A DNA stretch of 63,658 nt, counting the filler, from Platydemus manokwari (taxonomy: Eukaryota), in assembly GCA_037951405.1 (NCBI GenBank). It is 5 parts of 5 records of this genome, joined end to end, with 100 filler letters (N's around TTAATTAATTAA, not from the genome) between each part and the next. Parts side by side here need not be neighbours in the genome. Positions count along the whole stretch, not along the records: positions 10,537 to 29,422 come from JBBMOY010188894.1; 4 more parts are not named here. One strand, written 5' to 3'. A model generated the notes under the pieces. That model had not been told where the DNA came from and did no database searches. It saw only the letters and a list, made by a program, of their open reading frames with translations. Both the position numbers and the translations under genes were made by a program. Shown piece by piece: positions 13,671 to 26,300 of the stretch; within the stretch, counting starts at the first letter, position 1; the number at the start of each line of letters is the position of its first letter.

Positions 13671-14104
13671 TTTTAAATTTACAATTTAAAATCTGCTTTT
13701 CGATTTCATTCCACAGATGATCAATAATATAATCAAATTTTAATCCATTATCTAAACAATATTAAGCATACAAAGATGATTGTCCACATAATTTTCCTTC
13801 TGTTTGTATTTTAATTTTATTCTAAACAAAATCAGAATCTTCACCTTCAAAGAAATTATAAACTTCTCTAGTTGGTAAAATTCCATGAGGATAAAATTTA
13901 ATTTTATGAGGTTTACTTATTGAAACCCAATGAGAACCCTTTTCTTTTGTAGTTTCTAAATTCATTATTATATATTTTTTATCAGTAAAATTCTTCTCTC
14001 ATAATAATTTCAATATCTAAATTTAAATTATCAGAAATATCCATTAAATCTAAATTAGTAGATTTATTAATTCCATACTTAACTAGAAAATTTAATAAAT
14101 CCAT
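13654..14104 (-). pseudogene. Adenain-like cysteine protease (virion maturation protease)
   Basis: STNLDL..IMREE(frameshift)..YIIMNLETTKEKGSHWVS..KFYPHGILP..*NKIKIQTEGKLCGQ. Catalytic His, oxyanion Gln and Cys are present; the usual FDS Asp is altered. One frameshift and two stops. Confidence 0.85.
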
Positions 14105-14131
14105 TTGTTGAAAAATAAAAATTTAATTTGA

Positions 14132-15335
14132 TTAAACTTGTTTACGATGAAGTCTCAAAGATATTTCTTCTTTATTAAAATCTATTAAATCTCCATTTTG
14201 ATCTGTTATTTCAAAGGTAATTTCACCAATCTTAAACCATCTAACTCGTTTGTAACTTTCAGGCACAATGAAGTTGCGGAGATTGTAGCAAAGTGTGTGG
14301 AATATCAGACCGATTATAGAATCTTTATAGATAAGAAATGTCAATCTGCCAACTCCAACCTTCTAGTGGACTTACAAATGGTGAATAACAGAAAATCTAC
14401 CATCATGTTAATTGACATCAAATGCCCCATGGCAAATCAAAAAAACCTCACCAAGTACGACAGTCTCAAAAAAGAGGTCAAAAAGAACAAGCCAAAATTC
14501 ACGGTCAAATTTCACACTTTGATCGTGGGCGTGCTCAGAACATGGGTGAAGTCAAATGATGGAATTCTGCGAAAATTGGGGCTTAAACAGCAAGTCATCT
14601 GCAAACTAGCGATGATATGCATAAAGTCAAATATCAATGCATCGTACCTCCAATGGCAGTTCCACACTGGCAAAATAAACTCATACTGCCCCTAATTAAC
14701 GAAAACAAGTGGGGAATACTATTCACAGTTGGACCTTGACTCTGAGGACTGTAGATGAGCAATCAATTACTGGAAGTAGCCAAGAGAAATGTGATAATAG
14801 GTTCAATTGAAAGAAAGAATCTATGTTATAAGTCGTAAGTTATCACGGCTTACCAATCAATCATTGTCTTAAATAGATATTTGTTTTTTTGGTTTTTGTT
14901 TTTTTTTGTTTTTTTTATTAAATATTGGAAAATAGATTACTTGATTTACTTCTTTAATATATAAATAACTTGGGGAACACTATTAGCTGGAAAACTATAA
15001 ATAATATTTGTGCTATTTCCAGCTACATATCTTCCATCAACTATTCAACATTCAGCATTTATTCGCATAAGCTCAGAAATTTTTATTTTATTTTCTGATA
15101 AATGATTTCCAGTAGTGTATAAATTATTATTATCAAATCCTAAAGCAAAACCTTGAGTAAGTTATTAATGGGATAATAAATTATTACAAAGTGTTTTTAA
15201 TAAATATGATAATAAAATTCATTTAATTATTGGTGTTAGCCCCATTTTCAAAATTGAAATCGGAGGAATATTAGAAAAGATGTTTAAACTTAAAGTTTCA
15301 AAAATTAGAAATATTTTATTTTTAACGTTTGTCAT
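14132..15335 (-). pseudogene. Penton/minor capsid protein gene split by a retrotransposon insertion
   Basis: N-part (15335-14914): ALGFD..GNHLSENKIKI..INAEC*IVDGRYVAGNSTNIIYSFP..VIYFPIFNK. C-part (14233-14132): KIGEITFEITDQNGDLIDFNKEEISLRLHRKQV*. Removing 14234-14913 rejoins PIFNKKIGEI. Confidence 0.8.
14234..14913 (+). mobile_element. 5'-truncated non-LTR retrotransposon with restriction-like endonuclease (NeSL/R5-like)
   Basis: ORF to 14695: (ILNH)..RHNEV..VDL..LIDIKCP..KY..IVGVLRTW..NDGILRKLG. About 185 nt of 3' UTR, then a T-rich tail at 14881-14913. GC is higher than the flanking viral DNA. Confidence 0.85.
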
Positions 15336-15458
15336 TTATTATTAATGTAACTTGTTATTTTCTATCTTCATTAACTTTACTTATGCCACTTTTATTTAAT
15401 AGCTTACTACTTGCTACTTATTGAGCCCTTTGAAATTTAACAAATTTAATAATATCAT

Positions 15459-15641
15459 TTATATATTATCAGGTAAAGTTATTTCATTGCTATTGATTGA
15501 CCCCCCCCCTTCATTACTTTTGGCAGAGGAACTTTCATTAATTTGTTCTATATGTTTTTTAGATTTTTCATGAGCTTTTAAAGCTTGAATGGTCTTGAAC
15601 GTCGAGTCGCAAATTTGGCATTTATGCTCATTCATTTTCAA
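15459..15641 (-). pseudogene. Small C2H2 zinc-finger ORF, first gene of the viral minus-strand cassette
   Basis: HKCQICDSTFKTIQALKAHEKSKKH = CxxC-x12-H-x5-H. Confidence 0.7.
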
Positions 15642-15755
15642 GATTTATTTTTTGATAGGTTTTTGTTTTTCTGGTTTTTGTAATTTTTGTAATTTTCTGG
15701 TTTTCTAGTCTTTGTAATTTGTAAAAAATATGTTTTATTCAATAAAATGTCATAG

Positions 15756-15864
15756 AGTAGTAATATAGACCAATTATTAGACAGTGTAAATCTCCAATAC
15801 GAATGAGCGAAAGCGAAAGAGGATTTGAGGGTTATGCTGCTTAGAACTGGTCTATATTACTACT
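15756..15864. repeat. Palindromic Polinton-type terminus (AGTAGT...ACTACT)
   Basis: AGTAGTAATATAGACCA (15756-15772) is the perfect reverse complement of TGGTCTATATTACTACT (15848-15864); imperfect symmetry continues inward. Confidence 0.85.
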
Positions 15865-18025
15865 GATCTTCTCCAGTATATAAAAATCAATGTAGCGGAA
15901 AACAGTGTCCTCAATAATATGTTATTGTAGCAGTGTTAATTGTGACTGCCGCCTTATATAGGCAACTACGAATCACTCGCAGATATTCTATGGTATAAAA
16001 TTTAATGCCAGTGTATTTAATAATATCTTGCTGGAAATTATTTATCAGAGAGAGAAATATATTTTATTCAGTGATTGTATTTAATGTACCCGATAATAGG
16101 CGACAATTTATTTGTCGATATTATTGCGCGATAATATATTACGTGTTAATATTTTATAAATAAATTTATAATTTAGGGAATTTAATGCAGGATTTTCAGG
16201 CATTATTATTTCAGATATTTACAGATAATAATTATTATAAATACTAATATATTATATTATTCTAAGCTTATTTCACTCAAATAATCTGGGAGTTGTTAAG
16301 ATATAAAAATACACAATGATGAAGATTAATACAATAAAAATTAATGCACATCCCATAGCCATTGTCATGCCTAAAAAGATGATTATTATAAATATTGCTA
16401 TACAACATTGTACATAGTTTTGTGTGAATTATTTGGTCAATACCCCAACATTATGACTAATTTTCTAGCCACTATAAAAGCGGAAGACCAACCGATAGGA
16501 ACACACATTTACACAAAATAAGCACAGTTAAAATACAGAAAGTTTTACACAGAAAGTTGCAATAACTCTTGCAAATCTCCACAACAGTCCGAATGAGCAG
16601 TTCATCAAGTTACTGACCTGGCTAAATTGTCGAAACCACCATCCAGAATCGGGGGTCAATCAAGAAGGTGAGCCTTAAAATATATGCTAATTGCGTTAAG
16701 GATTGAAGTTCTAGGTAAGCGATTGGTTTTAATATAAATTTATTTCGTAATTAAATCGATTATTAAAAAAAATATTTGAGATCAATATCAAATCCTCAAA
16801 AGTTGTTTACCGATATGGATTGATTCAGTTTAAAATCTTTTATTAAATATTGGAATTATCTTTCATTTCAAATGACGTTTGGCAGAATAATGAAAAATAC
16901 TGCGGTTGTATTTCGATTATTAAAATTGATTTATTTATTTTCATCTAATATTGATTTCGGAGTTATTGTTTTAATAATATATCACAACTAATTAAGCAAT
17001 TTAGCAACAAGTTTGCACTGATTTCGGAATTAATATAAATTTGCTTAATTCAAATTCACAGAGATGTTTGGTAATGTTTTATTGATTTTTTGGTATTAAT
17101 TAACCCTGTTTGGTTTTGACATCAGATGATGATTCTGATCGAAATGTTAGTGTTTTTAATTGTTCGATATTTAATGTCTCATTGTCTTTATTGAAAATAT
17201 TAACACTATAATGTACTAATTCGATTTTTACGTGGTTTACTATTGATTTTTAACAATATTCGATATTATTAAGTGATTTTATCATACATCGATTTTATTG
17301 TCATAAACTGAACAATTATCGTTGTTAATGTTATTCAATAATCAATCATGTTCGGAATCGACTGAAATAAAGTATCTTAGGAGTTTCCTATAAAATTTTG
17401 ACCTTATATCTTGGTGTTTCCCATCGTTTATGTTATCTCATTATTTCCGGATGTTAAATTTATAGCTTTAGTTTTCTCGATTCCATGATTGTCTATGCTA
17501 GATTTAATTGGCAAAAAGCACGGAAGTGTTTCTTTCCCAAATATCCTCATATAAAAGGCACGAATTCACAATAATGAGTCTGATAAGCCATACCCTGATG
17601 TTACAAAACGTGAAATTAGTTGAGGGAATTCATTATTACACAACAGTTATACAAAATCAATTGTCGGATCTTTTAATTTATAATTTATGATTGATTTTAT
17701 TGATTGAAATTGAATTATTAAAATTGGATTTTAACGCTTTCAAAGTTTAATAATTTACTGAATAAACCTTTAATAATCAGGGGAGATATTTTACTAATAG
17801 GCGGATTTTGTCATGATTTTAAGCCATTACCGTATGACAACACTTTAATTGCTAAATTCAAAACCGAAATCCTAAAGTTCATCATTTGACTTGCTGAATT
17901 TGTATTTGGTTTGATCAGTAATTCTATCAGAGATATCACAGAAAGTTTATTTGATTTCAGTTGAGATGATATTGATTTTTTTGTAGTAACATTTGAAATA
18001 TTTGTGTTCTTATATTTCAGATATT

Positions 18026-18607
18026 GGCTAAACTTAAAAAATGGTCCTAAAATGAAATTTTAAATTTGTTGAGTGCGTTGCAGAAATCTATATAGTTTAT
18101 TTAATTACATTCTTTAAAAACATTTTCAATTTTTTATTTAAGTGCTTAAGAAGAATTTTAGTTGTTTGACATCAAATATTAAATACATTGGAGCTTAAAA
18201 ATCTCGTAAAATTTGATTTTTGGAAAAAATGAAAAAAGTAGGTCGGATTGCAATTTATTGAAAATTAGCGAGGACCCCTGTTTTAACATTAGAAGCGAAT
18301 TGAGATCTAAAAATAACCAATGATATTATTAAACATGGCTGTAATTAACTAACTCGATTTATAATTATAAAAATATAAATTTAAAAACTCAAATAATCAC
18401 TTAGAAGTGTTGTGATGAGAATCGGAACTTGGTTTAAAAACCATGTTTTGTCACTATTAGACATCTTAACAAATGAGATATTAACTGAATTATACGAATA
18501 AATCAAACAAAGCAGTAATATATAAAATTAAATTATAAAATTATCTCGCGCGCGAAAATTCATTACAACGAAAGTGAGTCAAAGGACCCTTTTTCTGAAC
18601 TTAAGCC
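18026..18607 (+). mobile_element. 582-bp MITE with GG..CC termini and 8-bp TSD (Merlin-like)
   Basis: Imperfect ~25-bp TIRs (GGCTAAACTTAAAAAATGGTCCT / AGGACCCTTTTTCTGAACTTAAGCC); CAGATATT duplicated at 18018-18025 and 18608-18615. Confidence 0.75.
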
Positions 18608-19406
18608 CAGATATTGTTTTTTGATCTAATATTGGAAATATATCTATTCTTATATCTTCACAGAGTGACGAAGAAGATAAAATCGAAAAATTGAAAAATG
18701 AAATTCGGAGTAACTAACTGGTGTTAATGCTTTATCGATTGAATTAATATTTAAACATTAGGTTTAAAAAGAAAACATAATAAAGAAACGGGAGTTCTAA
18801 ATAATTCATTGGAGGAAAAAGAGGACATAATTAAAGGTAATTTTTGTTAGTCACGATGAGATTTTTCTGTCATATTTCGGGCTGCTTTTATCGAGTATTA
18901 TTGGCATCTTTTATAAAAGAGAAGATTTTTGATTTGATATTGATGATATTGATTCATTATATGAGTTTTGTGAGCCGCTACAATTTTATAAAGCGCGCAA
19001 ATATTTAATCAATAAACAGATATTTTAATGACACAACTCAGACATAGTGACAGACCTTCATCACAATGTGATGGGGTGAATATCACAGGGTTCGCATTGG
19101 TTCTTCTTCTCATTATCATTTGTCAAACAAGTTTGTCGAACATCTCCTCATCCTCAGAGTATGTCGACTTATCGTCCGAGATATTTTCGTGATTGTATTT
19201 TTCTGTTATGCTTATTGGTCTATAGAACGCACTGAGCGTACGACCGAAAAGCCACGACATCGAATTATGTATTCAAATAAAATACAATTATTTAAACAAA
19301 TTATTATAATTTTATAATTATAAAAATTTTTAAAAAATTTATTCATTGAAAAATCCTCACATTTCCTTTCTTTAAAAATCTTTGATTTTATTTTCATTCT
19401 GAATTG

Positions 19407-19756
19407 TATCAAATGCCCTACATATTCATCTATATCAAATGCCCTACATATTCATCTATATCAAATGCCCTACATATTCATCTTTATCAAATGCCCTACA
19501 TATTTATCTATATCGAATGCTTTACATATTTATCTATATCGAATGCCCTACATATTTATCTATATCGAATGCTCTACATATTTATCTATATCGAATGCCC
19601 TACACATTCATCTATATCGAATTCTCTACATATTCATATATATCGAATGCCCTACATATTCATATATATCGAATGCCCTACACATTCATCTATATCGAAT
19701 TCTCTACATATTTATCTATATCGAATGCCCTACACATTCATCTATATCGAATTCTC
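19407..19756. repeat. 26-bp minisatellite, ~13 copies
   Basis: Unit tatatcgaatgccctacatattcatc with variants, contiguous and without spacers. Confidence 0.95.
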
Positions 19757-20402
19757 TAATTGTTCTATCTTCTTTATATATCCTCAGTATCTGTCTGCGC
19801 CTCTTCCATAATTTTCACTTATTGATTATCTTAGAATCCTATCCATGCTTGTGGTCGCCATGTAAACCGTTACTATATTATAAAGCACCAATTGAAAATG
19901 AACTCTAAAGCCAGGACACCAAATACAAGAACAAATATAATCTTATAAAATTAGAGTTAAATAATTACAAAATCAATTCATTGAAAAATCCTCACATCTC
20001 CCATTTCATATTCATTTCACTTTCAAATGAGTTCCTTTATGTGTTCTTTTTGATAGTGTATTTGGAAATGTTCATATTTTAATCGATAACATTGGAAAGG
20101 ATCGCTATTGGTGTTGAAAATGGGGGAATTCAAGGCTAATTGATGCCGTTAATTTGAAGATTGGATTGAAAATGAAGGGCCTGGCGAAATAATAGACCTA
20201 TGAAAATATAATATCGATTAAATATGATTTTAATCAATAATATGTTATTGATGATTTCAATTTTTAGATTTAAATTCGAAAATCTTTAGATTGAAACGTA
20301 TGGGTAGTCGAGATCCAACAAATGAATGGAGTTTGATTTGATAAATATTTTAAATGAATTTTTATATTTTGTATTGTGCAGATGATGAAGAAATTGAAGA
20401 AA

Positions 20403-20570
20403 NNNNNNNNNNNNNNNNNNNNNNNNNNNNNNNNNNNNNNNNNNNNNNNNNNNNNNNNNNNNNNNNNNNNNNNNNNNNNNNNNNNNNNNNNNNNNNNNNN
20501 NNNNNNNNNNNNNNNNNNNNNNNNNNNNNNNNNNNNNNNNNNNNNNNNNNNNNNNNNNNNNNNNNNNNNN
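20403..20570. other. Assembly gap (168 N)
   Basis: N run. Confidence 0.99.
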
Positions 20571-21620
20571 GATATGAAATCAAAATTTAGTTACGATCAG
20601 TGCACAAATCTGAAATATTTAGCGATTCTTCATTTGAATGAAATAGCTATGAGCTTGACTCTATAAGTTAGCGATTTATGAAAAATAGATTTTTTAGCTT
20701 ATTCGATACCGATGAAAGAAAATGGGGAAGCTCTAAATCTCAGCAGCTCTCTTAACCTATTAATTATTATCATTAATTTTATAATTAATAAGCAATAACT
20801 AAATAATAATTATAATAAGTAAATTTATTATTTTAATTATAAATTAATATTAAGAGGATAGGTAAAATTATTTGAAGTCGAATTTAAAATAAAATATATT
20901 TTCTATTTCTAAAATAAGCTGTTTGTTTTAAATTTGTTTTTCACATAATTTCATAATGATGATTTTTCGCGCATCAAGTAATTTTATAATTCAATGTCAC
21001 GTGCATTATTTTTATATTAATTTTGTATCAAAATTGTATCAGTTGATTTTAAAACTGCTGGTTTAAGAAAGCTGGTGAAGCAATTCGAATGGCTAACAGT
21101 GCCATGTTGATAACCAAAGTTCGGAAGACATCTGAAAGACAGCCACTAAAACTTACCAGTGATTGACTCGGGCTCCCAATCACCAATTAAATAAAAAATT
21201 ATATTTTATATGTTTATTTTATATTTATATTGTAATTTTTGCATTTAGGATTGTCACACGAAGGCTTCGGAATAAAGAGAAATAATTTTATCAACAAATT
21301 TATCTTTTAATAGATTTTATAAATATTAATTTTCATTTTTTATGACATTCCTTTTTACCATTTCATCATGTTTCATTGATTCAGGAGTTCAGTTGGCAGC
21401 CCATTTTTCAGAATGTTGAATATCAATAAAACAGAACTTTTCAACCAGCTTCATGTTTAGATCTTAACACTTCTATGTGACTTTTTGTTTCGTTTTTTTA
21501 ATATTGAATTTCAAACAACCAATATTCTTCTTAGATAATTAAATAAAAAATTCAAAATATTTTTAAGTAATATAATTAACTATATCAATTTTTACAATAA
21601 ACTCAACAAATTGAAAATTT

Positions 21621-22201
21621 GACTAAAGTTAAATAAAAGATCCTAAAATGAAATTTTAAATTTGTTGAGTGTATTGCAAAAATCTATGTAGTTTATTTAA
21701 TGAAATTCTTTAAAAACATTTTGAATTTTTTATTTAATTACTTAAGAAGAATTTTAAATACACTAGAGCTTCAAAACTTCCTAAAATTTGATTATTTGAA
21801 AAATGGAAAAAGTCGAATGCAATTTATTGAAAATTAGCGAGATCACATTTGTTAACATTAGAAGCAAATTCAGAAAGATTATCAATTTTTACAATTATTT
21901 TAAAAATAACTAATGATATTATTAAACATGTCTGTAATTAACTATATCGATTTATAATTATAAAAATTTAAATTTCAAAACTCAAATAATCATATAGAAG
22001 TTTTGTGATTAGAAATGGGAACTTGGTTTTAAAACTATGTTTTGTCACTATTAGACATCTTCAAAAATGAGATATTAACTGAATTATATGAATAAATCAA
22101 ACATAGTAGTTATATATAAAATTAAGTTATAAAATTATCTCATGCGCGAAAATTCATTTTAACGAAAGTAGGTCAAAGGAGTCTTTTTCTTAACTTAAGC
22201 C
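21621..22201 (+). mobile_element. Second copy of the ~580-bp MITE
   Basis: Colinear with 18026-18607 over its whole length; TSD degraded; an extra terminal fragment follows at ~22216-22242. Confidence 0.8.
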
Positions 22202-23639
22202 AAAAGATTTATTTAAGGAACCTTTTTTTATTAACTTTAGCCGCAAATCTTAGGCTAACATTTATTGTTGCCATTAATAATATTATTATTTATTATTATT
22301 ACTCTTAATAAATCGTTATCAAATAAAAAGTATTTTCAAATTTTCATTGTCTCATCATTTGGAAAGCAATTGGAAGGAAATTAAGTCGTAAATGAAATCA
22401 TATTTTGTCTAAGCATATCTATAAATATTAACATCGAACTTCATGAAGAGTTTAATCAATTCAACATTCAAAAATAAATTTTTTGCAATGACATTTCATG
22501 AAGAAATGAGAAAAATATTGAGCAAATAATGTTTGCAAATAAATCTAATAAACACTTGTAATTTTTTCATGTTTAGAAATGGATTATTTTCGATTTCAGG
22601 CCTCATAAATCATCAGATGTGAAAACATATGAAGAGATGATATTGTTCATCAAATTGGTATACAATTACAACCAATTGGGATTTAATATCAACTCGTATT
22701 TTCATTATTATTCATTACAAATATTTGTGATTGAATAAAATATATTTATTCATTTTATCTAATTAGAGTCTATATTTTCATGACTACGTCATTGATGTTA
22801 ACAATTAAATCATTTTTCACAAGGAATAACCAATTATTTTAGTTTCATTGGCTATAATTGGATCAAATTATCAATTAAAACATGAAAATAACAGATAAAA
22901 TTTGATTGGTTGATTTTCATATGTTGTGATCTTTCTCGTCATGACGTAATTGTATTAGCATATCGAAAATATTGCTTGTCATTATCAATTATAAGGAGTA
23001 TTTATAAAAATCAATAAATCCGACCACTGATCAGTTGAGTTATGGAAATACCGAGCTATGAACGAATTGAAATGGCTCCAAATAAACATCAATATGTTTT
23101 ATCTTATTATTTTCAAATTTTATTAACTTGTGCAATTTCATACAAGATTACTCTGTGCTTGATTCCACTTAACAAATATATTTTTATAATTTATCACGAT
23201 CACATATAACACAAGATTGAATTTAGACCATCAAAGTGTAAATTTGTTGTAACATTAAAATAATTATAATAATAATAATAATTAATCTAGCCGTTTATAA
23301 TAATAATAATTTCCTGATTTCGCTTTTTGACAAAGTCGGTTTCGAAACTGCTTATCGATAATAATAATATCGATAAATCTTAATCATATTATTTCTACTA
23401 GTTGTACACGAAATTTTCGCTGCACTTTTATCAGCTATACTGGATCAAGCTTATGTACTATTTTTTGCTTAGCATTAAAATTTCTTCTTCAGTTTCCACA
23501 TATTCTGAAAATCCACAGTTGAAAAATAAAGATATTATTTCGTGTTTTAATTAATTTATTTCCTTTCTTTTTTCAGGAATTCAGACTATTAAGGTCAGTT
23601 TCTTTAATTGAAAATCCCTACCGATATATATTCTATATT

Positions 23640-24140
23640 GCATTCATAAATTCTCAACATATATTTGGTGCACTTCAAAGCAGCGTCTTAATTTAGAAGT
23701 CCAAGCTCGTTTAGCATTTTGAAGGGTAATTTGTGATATATCGTTCAAAGCTCTTCCAAAATTCGCTGTAAAATCATCAATAAACTTTATGTCACGTCGA
23801 CAATTCTGAATCTCTGTTAATAACAAGCTCCAAATGCAGTAATCTATGACATTTAAGTCTGGACTTTTGTAAAGATTATTCTTTGTAAAAAAATAGCAGT
23901 TTTTACACAGAAATTTTCCACTTTTCTAGCGACCACCTTGTATGTGAGGAATCAATTACAAATGGTTCACTTTATATTTTTTTTACCTTTTCATAAAATA
24001 ACATTTTGATTTAGCTTTTTTAAAATAAAATATTCCCTCATAAAATTGCAATAATTTAAAAATTTTGATTTCGATATTATCAGTGAAATTTATTAAACTG
24101 TTCTGAACATCCAGATGAAGTTATGAGACCTGCTGTACAT
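23640..24140 (-). mobile_element. Tc1/mariner-superfamily transposase C-terminal remnant
   Basis: SPDLNVIDYCIWSLL...ISQITLQNAKRAWTSKLRRCFE on the minus strand. Confidence 0.65.
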
Positions 24141-24999
24141 GCATACTGTTCCAATTAATATTGGAATTTATTACATTGAGAACATTTATAGATAGAATTA
24201 ATATAAATACATGCAACACAATTGGTGATCTCTATCTCTTTCAAGGTGAAATATTTTTAGTGAATTGTAGAGATCATAATGTTTTATCCAAATCTATCTG
24301 ACAATCAATAGATTAATAAAGTAATTAAATGAGTTGTGTTTCGCCTTTCATGGTCAGCCCGTAGATGAAAATGATAAATTTGTAAATTCTATGATAGCTG
24401 TAAAATGGCGGAGAGTTAATTATTATGTTTTATCAAAATATATGTAAATCTATGAATTAAAAAATCATTTTTGTCTGAAATTGAATATTTGATTACAACA
24501 TTCAATTGTTGAAATCGCTAGAACACTGGGAATTTCTTTGAAGATAAACACACAGACAGCTAAAGAAATTGTCAATGTTTTGATTTTATATTTAGAAAAT
24601 TATTTTTATTAAGTAAAATTATTTTTAAAAAGATTATTAATAAATTATTAAAATGTATTTGGAGTTTATTATTATAATTATTACTAAGCAACAATGCTTA
24701 ACTCCGGATACCGTTTATTCGCAAGACACAGAATATTATAGAATTTTAATTCTAAATAATAATGGTTGTTTGCAGCTACTATTTTACAAATCACACATTA
24801 AAACTGAACTGAAAAGTCACAACATCAGATTCCGTATTTAAATAAAATGATATAAACAAATTTATATAATTTTATACAAAATTAGATCTTTAAAAATTTG
24901 ATTCAATTTAAAATTCTCAAAATGGTAAAAATAATAATAATAATATTTTTAATTAAAATAATCTAATAATTTTACGAAAAATAAGTAAAAGTAAACGTG

Positions 25000-26300
25000 A
25001 TTGATATGCGAGTGTAGAACTTAAAAGCAAATTCAAAGTGATACTCAAGTCCAAAGTGGTAAGATGATAATGAATGTTATTGTATTGTAATACAGATACA
25101 AGTGTAATACAAATTTTCTGCATACAAATGGTTTGATATTCGGTTTCCTGTTGGAATAGCCCATAATTCAATGACGAACAAATATATATCTATAAAACCA
25201 TCGAAGAATTGAAACCCAAAAGCAATTTTCTGATTTTAAATAGGCAAAGTGTGAATTATTAAGGATTAATATAGTGTTGAGACGTAATAATAAATGTGAA
25301 CGACCAGGAAATACTTGAGTTAATAGCTTCTGATGCCCATAAAATAACGTATTCAGAAAAATATCGATGTAAAATACGATAAGAGGTTTGAGAAATAAAC
25401 CATAAAATAAGAATTATGAGAAATATTCTGTCATTTGGGGATAGTCACAATAAAAATAAACAGAAAAAAGAACATCACGAAAATGAGTTCTTAATTCAAT
25501 TATAATAGTAGCGGAAACAGTATATTAAAAACCCACTTATAGAGCTCGAACTAAAGTTCTCTGAGATAAATAAAAAATACCAAAAAAACATCTTATTCTT
25601 GAAGTGGTGACGTGTTTTGAAAATGAAAGTATACTCTAAGGATAATCAATTTGAATCAAAAACCAAAAAGCACTCCCTCCTGAACTGCGATGAAGAACCT
25701 TTAACTACTGGAACAATCAGGAATTATATGCGAAATAACCAAAGAGGTATGTAATTATAACGCAATATTATTAGATACCATACTGCTAAATGTGAAATGA
25801 AAGTGGATATTGGTGTACGAATTTAAAAAAAACATCCGAATTTCATCGAGAACACGTGTGGCATTTAGGAAGAAATTTAGTAACTGCCAGTAAATAGAAA
25901 CCCAACTAAATATTTATATATTGATCGAAAAATATAAAGAATGAATAGAGATAATGTTTAAAATGTGAGATAGTTTTCAGAAGTATTGGAGATAAATCTG
26001 TCTGTGTTACTCTCACATATCATTAACTCAAATATTTAACATGAGAACTGACGTATAACAAATATAACTTTCAATTGTAAACTCTTGAATCGATATTTTG
26101 TTTTACTAACGTATATTGACTTTTTTTGATAAAATTTAAACAAAAAATTAGAACTTGATTGGATTATAGAAACTAAAATGAGAGAAAGGAATATCATTCC
26201 AATAAATAAAAGAAGAAAAACAATTGATTGTAAAGATTATTTGAGATCGATCCCATTCTTTTACATAAATCATCATCCATATTGTCGTTATCGTGCCCCG
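25000..26300 (+). mobile_element. Possible degenerate LTR retrotransposon integrase region
   Basis: FCHLGIV (~25425-25447) resembles the integrase HHCC region; remainder highly decayed. Confidence 0.3.

Larger units (their letters stand above)
10610..15864. mobile_element. Degenerate endogenous Polinton/Maverick (adintovirus-like) element; right end present, left end not visible
   Basis: pPolB on +; convergent ZnF-penton-protease-fibre-like cassette on -; terminus ...TATTACTACT at 15864. Confidence 0.9.

Noticed and set aside
14880-15682. Similarity between the retroelement T-tail and 15661-15682
   Set aside because: Both are low-complexity T/G runs; chance match likely.
15756-15864. 109-bp palindrome as an independently inserted mini-Polinton/MITE
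   Set aside because: No target-site duplication (tcatag vs gatctt), and it sits where the element terminus is expected.
16480-18000. Possible Penelope-like remnant on the minus strand
   Set aside because: Motif resemblance too weak to support a call.
19404-19908. Three overlapping ORFs and a CRISPR-like regular repeat
   Set aside because: Units are contiguous 26-mers with no unique spacers, no cas genes, and a eukaryotic context. The ORFs are by-products of a stop-free repeat.
20354-20666. ORFs spanning X runs
   Set aside because: Artefacts of the N gap.
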